Of a DNA stretch of 64,000 bases, positions 53,401-64,000 are shown one piece after another. Under the pieces are notes generated by a model. The model made no database searches. It saw nothing but the letters and a program-made list of their open reading frames with translations, and was not told the DNA's origin. The translations under genes were made by a program, and so were the position numbers. Numbering within the stretch: the first letter of the stretch is position 1; each line of letters opens with the position of its first letter. Origin of the DNA: Hormiphora californensis (Eukaryota; Animalia; Ctenophora); contig CM035357.1 in NCBI GenBank assembly GCA_020137815.1, positions 5,332,001 through 5,396,000 on the forward strand. Direction: 5' to 3'.

Positions 53401-56400
53401 TTGCACCAATGTATTTACACCATAACTAACGTAAAACATGTGTTTACGCTTCATTTATCCCAGATTAGTATAGCCTGGATGGCCGATGGACAAGACCCAC
53501 CTGACCCGAATCCTCAGATTATCATAACTACACCTGGTATACTCAACAAGTGCAAGGTATTAATATCACTGATTTAGGGTTTGGTTCAGAGTTAGTGAAT
53601 TAAGAACTAATCAATGTTTTGATATTTTTGCTAAGCGAACAATTAATATTTTTACACTAGATTCTAGATTTATGGTTACTAAATGCTGGCCACTAACTGC
53701 TCTCCATTACAGGATAAACTTGTCGATGGACTACAGTATCTCTCCCGGATATTCATCTTTATTGATGTTGCAAGTCTGGTGGGAACATTTGGTACAAGGT
53801 CCTTCATAATTCATATCTAGAACCTCTTGTGGAACGATTTACCAGGGTGAGAATAATGTCTTTGTTTTCCATGATAGGACATGGGCGGTAAATATGAGAA
53901 ATCGACGGAAATGCTATTTACTAAATAGCATTTCCGTGGATTTCTCATTTTCTCCATTTTCTCCTATGTAATATACAATGTGTACAATTGCAACAATTAA
54001 TGTTGTCCAATTCTAACTCATGATATATAATTGACTGACACTATTCTTGTTCACTGTGTTATCTCTCATTAAACCGTGTATATTCGGTCATGTGTCGCGG
54101 TATGTTTGGTATTGTTTGACAGGGTCGAACAAGGCAAGTTTGACTGCCAATCCTACTGCTGCAGTACAAATTAGTTGTCAGGCACTGACTGTAACATCTC
54201 GCACGCTGCTTCGCGGCCTCACGTAGCTGCACCGGGCCGAGGGCCTGGTGCGGAGAGGACAGTCTTAAATGAGACAAAAAATTAGTTTATTCATGTAGTG
54301 TGTATCGCATACGTGCTGCTATGCGATATATACACTTGCTAGCTCTATACATGTATAACATTGCAGACAGTAAGTGTACTGCAGCCATGTGTAGCAATAT
54401 CACCTTTTGTGGCACCTGTTGCAACGTACACCTCATGAAATTCATTGTTATACTTTCTGTAATGCTCATAGGGAGCTGCCCACTGTGCAATGCACAGTGT
54501 GCATACGTGTATATCTTGTCCCATTGGCCCTCCTGCTTCAGGATATGCATGTTGTGCCCAATATATGTTTATCTCTAACCCACATCCCTCTCTCTCTCTC
54601 GTTTAGCTCATTTTCCATACCGTGGAGCCTGATATGTCGACCAAAGCCATGGATTTAATACGGGACGAGTTGAACCCTGACCAGACCCTCATTACTATAC
54701 CTCCTTCACCTCCTTCTGGTACTCTCACTCTGTCACCAAGGAAAAAGGTAAGAATCTGAATGTCTTCGATTTTATTCAAATCATTATCCTGTCTTTTGTG
54801 AATGATAGTATGTATTACAATTATTCAGTGCGGGTTCGTCACCCATTGGTGATATATATATATATCGTGTTTCATCACCATAATACCCCTCCCTGTGCCC
54901 CCCAGTTTCTATGAATCCTTGTTTACATGAGACTTGTGTAGGAAATTCGACACATCTATCATCAGTTCGTCGTGTTACTTTACCGGGTGTGGCGAGTAGC
55001 TATACAGTTCAGTTCACCTTGTCTTGAATCACTATAACAGCTGTATTACTGGGAGTGTCGGGTGTGTAGTATAAGGTTACTATTTGAATGAGGGGCTCGA
55101 AACAGGAGTAGCTAGTTATATGTCCCCTTACTTGTTGTTATGTGTTGTATAGTATCGTTTATCTCCCGTTATACTTCCACCCACTTTACTGTCGTTGGGG
55201 AGTAACAGTTTCGTTACATCATGATCCGATACACTGATATTATAATTGCTATCTCACTCTTTCTCAGTGTTGTTATCAAGCTCTCATGTGTTAGATATGA
55301 GTGTCAGTATAGGTAGCTATCGGTAGTTCTTAGTTCTACACCCAGTTTAGTTTTAGTTCTCCTTCCCCATCCTGTCATTGGTAACGAAGGTCGCGAGGCG
55401 TTATTTCGTAACCAAATCCTTTCCCTAACAACCCTCCCTTCTGTTCATTGTTCCCTAAACCTCCTCCCAAACAACCCCCCTTTTCCCCTTGTTTAGACGA
55501 TAAAGGTAGAGTTGTCTAGTATCATCACTGATAAAGATATGGCTGGACTGATGGCAGTCACACGGGATGTACTAAAAGGTAAGCAGAGAGTCAGAGTTAG
55601 ACTGAGATACTGAGTTCTGAGAGACAGAGACAAAGACCGAAAGAGAGAGACAGGAGAGAGGAGAGGGCAAGAGACGCAGGGACCTGGGACAGAGATACAT
55701 GACAATGACGTGGACAGGATCGAAGACGTCATCTACACACAACTAATACTTGGACACTATAGGACACTACGCAGTTACCTGGAGACTTCACAACATGAAA
55801 CTATAAACGATTACCAGGCTACCCTTGAAGAGACTAGATCCTTATTACAATGTGTTACATTGCATGTTACCTGGAGACAACCTGGAGACTTCACAACATG
55901 AGGACGATAACCACTATACCATTGAAAAGATCCTCATTACAATTTTCTGGAGACAAAACTACACTCTACAGACGATTACCACTAGAAGCTCCTTATTACA
56001 ATGTTCTTTATTCAGGTTATCCCAACATCAACATGCTCAAATCGGATACTGGTATAACCCTGGAAGGGCCACCAGAAGATGTTAATGAGGCCTCAAAGAA
56101 GATCAAAGAGTGTACAGCACCAAGAGAACCAGATCCCGCTGTTCTGTCGAATATAACTCAACCAACAACTACCTCTCACCAACCAATAGCTACGAATCAG
56201 AAACTAAATGAATTGATAAAGGACTTCCCCAAGACACATCCATCCAATACCCCGCAATGGGATGCCTTGCAGCCAGATGTAAATCGAGAACCATTGGGAA
56301 CCCAAGTTCTAGATCCGGCCATGGGATCCATTCCATCCCATCCACCGATCACACATCCACCGATCACACATCCACCGATCACACATCCACCCCAAATCAT

Positions 56401-59400
56401 CCAGAAGATGGTGTCTATGAGTGGAATAGAGAACGTGTTCATCTCCAACAATAGAGACTTTGTAGAGGGACTCGTGAAAGGTAGGTAGAGTTCTATATAG
56501 ATTCAGTATCTTTCATTTTCTCTTCATCGCTCCCCTAGATAATCTCATGATACTATTTACTCCTCTCCTCAGATCCCCCCCACTAACTAGCCCCTTTAGC
56601 CTTTACCCCTCTTCCTAAAAGATCCCTCCACTATAACAGACCCTATTTCCTACCCTCTCTTCCCACTAACTAATCCCAATTCCCCCAGATTTCCCCGATA
56701 CCCGGATCCTGTTTCCCCGTTCTGACACAGAGAACATCACTGTAATGGCACCCATGACGGAAATAACACGGGTACACCGTCACGTGGTTCAGTCAATACG
56801 GACTGCAATGGAGGGAAGCAACCTCAATAACCAACAGGTTAGTTGTAACAAACTGTTGGTAGTTTTGTTTGGTTTGATTTGACTGTACCTCGCACTGCAC
56901 TGCGCCCCGAAGGCGCCTGGCTCAAGTGGTACTGTTGTATCTGTCTGTCTGTTGGTAGTAGGCATTTGTTGTATGTACTATGTAGTAGGCAGACAATAGT
57001 GTTACCATGTATAGGAAGAATTAAGGAAGAATTAGGAGAAAGATAGCCTGAGGGTTTCTAAAATGTCAACCCCCCTCTCTCTCTCCTTCTCTTTCGTGCC
57101 ATGAAATGCAAATTTCCTCTTTATGTGTTCTATGTCAGGGGAGTAAATTGCTTTCCTGGTTGGGTCTCAGGGAGGCAAATAAGTAACTCAGTTGTTTGCC
57201 TTCTTAGTTCTAAGGCTTGACACCCCCTTACTTTCGACTTCTTTCCGCTGTTTCCTAATCAGTCCTTTATCCCGCTAGGTACCCGCACAGACCCCAACCA
57301 TCAGTTTCGACACCTCCAAAGAGATCGCTGCCATGGAAACCTATGGAATGACGTCACGACATCACCATGACAGCCTAACAACAGAGGAAGATGGGGTGAA
57401 CTGCCATATTGAAATATCAACCGAGAGTCCTGTTATACCGGCTGCCTCCCGGGCCCCTCACTCTCGACCCCCTCGTCCCCCTACAACACTATCAGATATA
57501 CAGGCTCTAGCGGATTCGTTCCAGACATCAATAGAACTACAGATGGGAGTAACAACACCCCTTCCAACCTCTACATCACATGCTCGGCTACCAATGGCTG
57601 CTCCATTGAACTCTAGACTACCAATGGCTGCTGCACCACACTCCAGACTACCAAATCCAGTTGTAGCAAATTCAAGGCGGCCAAATCCAGCTGTTATACC
57701 AACTTCCAGACCGCCTAATCCTGCTGTTATCCCAACCTCCAGACCGCCAGCAACCCTAACACCGCCACCATCAGCCCCCATCAAACAATCAATATCTCCT
57801 TTGGAGCAGGAGCTAGCGGCCATGTCCCTCACCTCACCTCCAGCAGACCAACCAGCACAATCTCACCTTACTGCCAGTTCAGAATCCTCCAGTCTCACAG
57901 CTAGCCCGGAAGTGAGGAGGCCTCGACAGTTGAGTGGTGGTGATGTTAGGCCATCAAACGGGAAGAGAACGATGAACCGTGCACCTCCGAAACTGGAGGA
58001 TCTGCCAGAACAACTACCAGGTTTGTTTGTTTGTTTGTTTGTTTGTTTGTTTGTTTGTTTGTTTGTTTGTTTGTTTTGGTTGTTTTATATTTCAGGGTGT
58101 GAACTGCATGTCGTGTTTGCTAGTCGCGAGCGCGCTTGCGAGACAAGCAAACACGTCAAGGTTCATTAACAAGCATGCTGCTCAGTCATTTTAGATTTAA
58201 TACACAATGTAAGGATACCATGTAATAGGTGAGACTCTTGCCGTCACCCTCGTTCAAGTCCCGTGAAAAACGGAGCAGTACACGCAAACTGATGCCCATT
58301 TTCCTCGCGTGACCCCGATTCAGCAGTTTGAGACACCAACTCTTTAGGGGGCCATATCTCAGGAACCAGACAAGATAGGAAAAATCGCCGTCTAACGAGG
58401 CGTACAGTTTTTAATCTAGTTTACCACTGTACCGGCCGTTTCACTCTCCGACCTAAAACAAAAATCGCAACCCCACAAAACTTCAAAATAATGAAATTCG
58501 CATCTCGCATGTCGTGTTGCATGTCGTGTCATGTTATTGACGCGCTCGCGTTCAACTCTCACACAGCAGCTGCAGAACATGGCGGGAAACATCGAGGAGT
58601 AGAGAGAGGGTCGGTGCCGAATCAAATATTTCTTGATCTTGATCTACTCCATCTCTCAGCTATCCTACCCCTCATCAACGAGAGTCCTGCAGTATCAACA
58701 AGATCAACGGCTAATTTCTGAGGAGAGGCCGAGGAAAGTATGGGTGGTGAGGGACAGGAAAATCCTAACCCAGATCCGGAGCTACGATCCTAGCAGCAAA
58801 ATTCCTTTCTTGAGGAACATCGGACACATCTACAATTGAGTTTTTAGTTTTGAAGTGATATTGTGTATAAAATACCTATATTTGAGTTATTACATTCAGA
58901 AAATCTTTGTTTTCAATGCTTATATTGGGCCTGGGACCTGGGTATATATGGTGACCACACATTGGGTATCCCGCCCATAGCATCTCACATAACAGGCAGA
59001 ATACCCAATGTGTATATTTGGTGTGGGTAATTAGAACAATGGGTATTCCAGCCAGTGGGTATTCCTCACTTTGGGTATTCTGCACTGTTACCATCTCTCC
59101 GCTACCCTACTCCTCATCTACTCCATCTCTCAGCTACCCTACCTCCCATTTACTCCATCTCTCAGCTTCCCTACCTCCCATTTACTCCATCTCTCAGCTT
59201 ACCTACCTCCCATTTACTCCATATCTCAGCTTACCTACCTTCCATTTACTCCATCTCTCAGCTTCCCTACCTCCCATTTACTCCATCCCTCAGCTACCCT
59301 ACCTCCCATTTACTCCATCTCCCAGCTACCCAACCTCCCATTCACTCCATCTATCAGCTACCCTACCTCCCATTTACTCCATCTCTCAGCTTCCCTTCCT

Positions 59401-62400
59401 CCCATTTACTCCATCTCTCAGCTTCCCTACCTCCCATTTACTCCATCTCTCAGCTTACCTACCTCCCATTTACTCCATATCTCAGCTTCCCTACCTGCCA
59501 TTTACTCCATCTTTCAGATACCCTACCTCCCATTTACTCCATCTCTCAGCTTACCTACCTCCCATTTACTCCATCTCTCAGCTTCCCTACCTCCCATTTA
59601 CTCCATCTCTCAGCTTACCTACCTCCCATTTACTCCATCTCTCAGCTTCCCTACCTCCCATTTACTCCATTTCTCAGCTTTCCTACCTCCCATTTACTCC
59701 ATCTCTCAGCTTCCCTACCTCCCATTTACTCCATCTCTCAGCTTCCCTACCTCCCATTTACTCCATCTCTCAGGGGTAGGAATGTTAGGATAAATGAGAG
59801 ATGGAGTAAATGGGAGGTAGGGAAGCTGAGAGATGGAGTAAATGGGAGGTAGGGAAGGTAAGCGATGGAGTAAATGGGAGGTAGGGAAGCTGAAAGATGG
59901 AGTAAATAGGAGGTAGGGAAGCTGAGAGAAGGAGTAAATGGGAGGTAGGGTAGCTGAGAGATGGAGTAAATGGGAGGTAGGGAAGTTGAGAGATGGAGTA
60001 AATGGGAGGTAGGGAAGCTGAGAGATGGAGTAAATGGGAGGAAGGGAAGCTGAGAGATGGAGTAAATGGGAGGTAGGGTAGCTGATAGATGGAGTGAATG
60101 GGAGGTTGGGTAGCTGAGAGATGGAGTAAATGGGAGGTAGGGAAGCTGAGAGATGGAGTAAATGGGAGGTAGGGAAGCTGAGAGATGAAGTAAATGGGAG
60201 GTAGGTAAGCTGAGAGATGGAGTAAATGGGAGGTAGGGTATCTGAAAGATGGAGTAAATGGCAGGTAGGGAAGCTGAGATATGGAGTAAATGGGAGGTAG
60301 GTAAACTGAGAGATGGAGTAAATGGGAGGTAGGGAAGCTGAGAGATGGAGTAAATGGGAGGTAGGGTAGCTGAGAGATGGAGTAAATGGGAGGTAGGGTA
60401 GCTGAGAGATGGAGTAGATGAGGAGTAGGGTAGCGGAGAGATGGACTAGATTAGGGGTAGGGTAGCTGAAAGATGGAGTTGATGAGGGCTAGGGAAGCAT
60501 AGAGATGGAAACGATTATGGATAGGGATTCCCTACCCCTAATTGTTTTCATCTCTATGCTTCCCTAGTAGGGAAGCTGAGAGATGGAGTAGATGAGGAGT
60601 AGGGTAGCTGAGAGATGGACTAGATAAGGGGTAGGGTAGCTGAAAGATGGAGTAGATGAGGGGTAGGGTAGCTGAAAGATGGAGTAGATGAGGGGTAGGG
60701 TAGCTGAGAGATCGAGTTGATGAGGGGTAAGATAGCTGAGAGATGGAGTAGATCAAGATCAAGAAATATTTGATTCGGCACCGACCCTCTCTCTACTCCT
60801 CGATGTTTCCCGCCATGTTCTGCAGCTGCTGTGTGAGAGTTGAACGCGAGCGCGTCAATAACATGACACGACATGCAACACGACATGCAACACGACATGC
60901 GAGATGCGAATTTCATTATTTTAAAGTTTTGTGGGGTTGCGATTTTTGTTTTAGGTCGGAGAGTGAAACGGCCGGTACAGTGGTAAACTAGATTAAAAAC
61001 TGTACGCCTCGTTAGACGGCGATTTTTCCTATCTTGTCTGGTTCCTGAGATATGACCCCCTAAAGAGTTGGTGTCTCAAACTGCTGAATCGGGGTCACGC
61101 GAGGAAAATGGGCATCAGTTTGCGTGTACTGCTCCGTTTTTCACGGGACTTGAACGAGGGTGACGGCAAGAGTCTCACCTATTACATGGTATCCTTACAT
61201 TGTGTATTAAATCTAAAATGACTGAGCAGCATGCTTGTTAATGAACCTTGACGTGTTTGCTTGTCTCGCAAGCGCGCTCGCGACTAGCAAACACGACATG
61301 CAGTTCACACCCTGTATTTGGGTGATTGTGTGTTCCTTGCTTGTTTGTTTTGGTTGTTTGTTTTCTAGTAGTACCACAAACTAAAAACTTTCTTCCCCAG
61401 GTCTCCAGCTCCCTGAATCATGGTTCTATACTACCATAAGGGCAAAGTTGCTAAAGGAGCCCTGCTACCTAAGCTATCTTGTCATGGCATTCCAACAAGA
61501 ATTTATGGTAATTTGATTTACATTTCTGTGTTCACATGCTGTGATTTGTGTTGTTGCACCTAGTATGAACAATACAAGCTGTGATCATACTCTGACTGCA
61601 CTGGATTTTGACCCATTTTATATCTTCTCCACTAACATTTCTGTTCTGTTTTCCACAGGAAGCAGCAGCCATTCCAGCCAACAAGATCCTGCCCAAAGTG
61701 TACGAACATCTGAAACACAACCCTGACCTCTTTACCCTTCACTCCAAAAAATCAGACTTTTTCGTGGGACTGAACACGGCTCAGATAAAAGCCAAATACC
61801 TACCACCCTCCCCCGAGCCACCGGGAGAGGACGATGCTATGACGTCACAAATAGAGGCACTATTCCAAGCTACCATTGGAGGAGGAAGTAGAGGAATAAC
61901 CCCGCCCATGCAGACTAGACCACCACGACCTGTTGCAGAGGATGTTAACTTCGGTGATTTGTTGGAGAGTACCTCACCTGAGAAGATGGAGGTGTTGTTA
62001 CAGCCACCAGCTGCTCAGAGTGACGTCACAGAGGATTTGAATGATGTCACACCTGCTCAGAGTGACGTCACAGCTGCTCAGATTGACGTCACACCTGCTC
62101 AGATTGATGTCCCAGCTGCTCAGATTGACGTCACACCTGCTCAGATTGATGTCCCAGCTGCTCAGATTGACGTCACATCTGCTCAGAGTCACGTCACACC
62201 TGCTCAGAGTCACGTCAAGAAGGAGGAAGTAGAAGAGAGGAAGTTTGATGCTCCTGTTGATTTTGCTTCCATGCTAAGTGCATCACCCAGGAGTGAGGAG
62301 GTTTCTGAGGAAGTACAAGATGAGAAGGAAGAGGAGGTAAACTTTGATGATTTGTTAGATGATATTCTGGAAGTATATGACAATCAGGGAGAAGATCAGC

Positions 62401-64000
62401 AGATGAATGAAGAAGAGACGAAAGAGGACGAAGAAGTGGAAGCTGGTAGATCCGAGAAAGAAGAAGGAGAGGTATCTGCAAATGATTCCGAAGAAGAAGA
62501 AGGAGAATTGTCTGGTACAGAAAATGAGGCTACACCAGTAAGAGAGGTTATCCCCGACTCGCCAGTGAGAGAGGTTGTCCCCGACTCGCCCGTGAGAGAG
62601 GTTATCCCCGACTCTCCCGTGAGAGAGGTTGTCCCTGACTCTCCACCCTCCTCAGCAGATCATCAGTCCCCAACAACGTCCCAGGAACAGCAAAGCACCG
62701 AGTTCTCGCCTGTATCACGGGCAGAACAGACAACTGAGTCATCTTCCCAGTCAACTGAGTCATCTTCCCAACCCACTGATCTCTCCCCAGTATCCTCTTC
62801 TCAATTCAGTGAACCCTCCTCGGACGACCTTCCACCGATCAAGAATTCCGGGCTGAAAACACCGGATCTTCAGAGGGAGGTTGCATCCGCGGCTGGATCA
62901 GAGACATCGCGATCAGATGATACCACACACTCGGATTACTGTGAAGTATTACCGGATCAGAGTGGTATATCACCCATCTCGAGCAGTCATTCCGGAGGTG
63001 TTCTTGGTGAGTTGAGTGTGATGAATTTTAATTTATTTTAACAAACTGCAAAGTTTTAGGCCTTGCTCGGCCCTCTCTCGCCGCACCCCGAGAACATATA
63101 ACGTGTTACGTGTCCTAATCATCCTCTCCCGCCCCCAGTTGAAAAGCCAAGCGAAGAATCACTTGTTGTGCCAGTAGAGGAGCCATTAGAAGTGTCACTG
63201 GAAGGAACTCAGGAGTCTAGCGAACACCAAGAGGAAGAGGAAGAAGAAGAAGAAGAAGAGGAGGAGGAAGATGTTTATACTACCCTGTTCCAAAGCCGGC
63301 AGAGGAAGATGGTTAGCGTGGGACAAACAGGTACAAAACATGTCTATCTCAAAAAGAATAATATAACTTAAACTTATTTAGCTACCGAAACTTGAGTTAC
63401 TCGACCCTACTTCCCCGTGCCCCGCCCGGGAAACAAATGTAAAGGAGGGTTACAATTACAACATAACAAACTGAAACCAGCCCTCAATTATTCTCCTCAC
63501 TCAGATTCTGGTTACCTGAACATCAACACAGCCCAACCTGGTATGGTGCTAGTATATGGAACAGACGTGCCAACTCGGACCTCCTTCCTCCGACGTGCCG
63601 TTATGGCGTGGAGGTCATGTGATCTACCCGTGCTGGTGATCAGCCCCAGTTTGGAACCCTTCACTGGGATCGATGAGGGTGTCCAGTTGTACCACTTCAA
63701 AAACCTGACAGGTAGGATCTTAGGACACAGTGTTTACAATCTTGTTGGACCATCTCTGCAGTATGTGTCCTGTAATGTAGGATGTATGACTCCTGTTTAA
63801 CTCTAAGGACAGGGTTGTAGTACTGTTCAGACCACACACAGCGTGGACAGTCAAACTGGAGTAATCAGTATCCCGGGTCGATTCTATGTTCCCACACGGT
63901 GCACCAGAAGGATCGTCAACCCAAAGTTGAGCCCGCAAAACAAACTTTTGTTGGGGGTGACCCAGGAGGCCTTCCTGAACATCCCCGCGGTGAGAAAAGT
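43762..64000 (+). CDS. large multi-exon uncharacterised protein: KH-like repeats, degenerate DEAD-box RecA1, wHTH-like modules, acidic IDR, degenerate P-loop segment; continues past the window
   Basis: Chain of GT-AG exons from 43762-43857 to ~63807-63990. KH: AIQGSNGNTLKYLNDKTGAKIV/GTKKQIDSGIELV. Q motif: FQDMTLSQELL..PTKLQQAVLP. Motif Ib-like: IIITTPG. Two joins need a 1-nt correction, so the single-gene model is provisional. Confidence 0.65.
44233..45646 (-). mobile_element. Helentron/HINE-like non-autonomous element
   Basis: Sub-terminal IR AAAGGTGGCCC at 44251-44261 / 45600-45610; short hairpin TGCGCT-ggca-AGCGCA beside one end; 88-bp inverted repeat 45431-45646 at the other; TAAA-rich flanks; no clear TSD. 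Confidence 0.55.
47996..48595 (-). CDS. intronless ORF: N-terminal TM helix, coiled coil, S/T-rich tail; nested antisense in an intron of the KH gene
   Basis: MNTDEYVLIAAMLLLAVVMTVGCIYLKQ..ILPIYAK..NGTQT; related fragments at 49241-50050; frame open up to 48703. Confidence 0.55.
   Translation of the reverse strand: MNTDEYVLIAAMLLLAVVMTVGCIYLKQLMRSTNDEILPIYAKNVEQNRLLTDSSMTVTKELVTNLSLMKAALEHLQQVVQNELFAKSPIMSSNGTQTEPTIEDSLTVVSPLDISSNYSWRQSSSSVCTVTSALSHEPVARMTRSVDTSTASMTSRILIRVASAGSTDDEVESLPMDEEPSLPPIFPPDTSSHIILQME
49241..50050 (-). pseudogene. mosaic of paralogous fragments of the TM/coiled-coil ORF, punctuated by ACGTCTTTGG(TRATAAG)
   Basis: Fragments NTDEYVLIATLLFLAVV.., ILPLYAKDV, LLPLYAKQVE and LYSRWS; motif at 49241, 49673, 49749 and 50032. 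Confidence 0.6.
58680..59092 (+). mobile_element. probable MULE 3' end (transposase C-terminus + TIR) inside the foldback
   Basis: RPRKVWVVRDRKILTQIRSYD....FLRNIGHIYN* resembles MULE transposase C-termini; TGGGTATT subrepeats ending in TGTTACC; absent from the right arm. Confidence 0.5.
59095..60750. repeat. 32-bp minisatellite in two head-to-head arrays
   Basis: Unit CTACCTCCCATTTACTCCATCTCTCAGCTTCC, forward over 59095-59772 and reverse-complemented from 59796 onward. Confidence 0.95.
62008..62645 (+). repeat. coding tandem repeats (21-bp PAQIDVT and 27-bp PVREVIPDS)
   Basis: In-frame repeats within exon 61659-63006. Confidence 0.85.

Larger units (their letters stand above)
58093..61314. 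mobile_element. 3.2-kb foldback DNA transposon (CAGGG termini, apparent 5-bp TSD TATTT)
   Basis: ~590-bp near-perfect TIRs; TATTT at 58088-58092 and 61315-61319; internal inverted minisatellite arrays. Confidence 0.88.

Noticed and set aside
59018-59852. Three overlapping 240-265-aa ORFs
   Set aside because: Translations of a stop-free 32-bp minisatellite.

Overview
Eukaryotic (animal) genomic DNA with GT-AG introns, dense MITEs, microsatellites and one 100-N gap. The repeat motifs and one expanded protein domain recall ctenophore genomes, possibly Pleurobrachia; this is from memory and unverified. Genes reconstructed by hand: (1) the last two exons of a SUV39H-type SET/post-SET methyltransferase, cut off by the gap; (2) a secreted protein with an uncharacterised ~135-aa domain plus a sushi domain; (3) a ~29-kb p190RhoGAP gene on the - strand that carries a second, arginine-finger-less RhoGAP domain; (4) a cathepsin-L-like/ShKT protease gene nested antisense in a p190 intron; (5) a compact BDP1, head-to-head with p190; (6) a >20-kb gene running off the window end, encoding KH-like repeats, a degenerate DEAD-box domain and wHTH-like modules, with an antisense TM/coiled-coil ORF and a repeat-punctuated mosaic of its paralog fragments in one intron. 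Mobile elements include Kolobok-like, Academ-like, Tc1-like, hAT-like and G-run-ended MITEs, a Helentron-like element, an ORF1-only LINE, a CRE fragment, a Penelope-type palindrome with a U3-A8 hammerhead motif, and a 3.2-kb foldback containing a probable MULE end. Several single-base frame breaks suggest consensus indel errors, so some exon joins are provisional.
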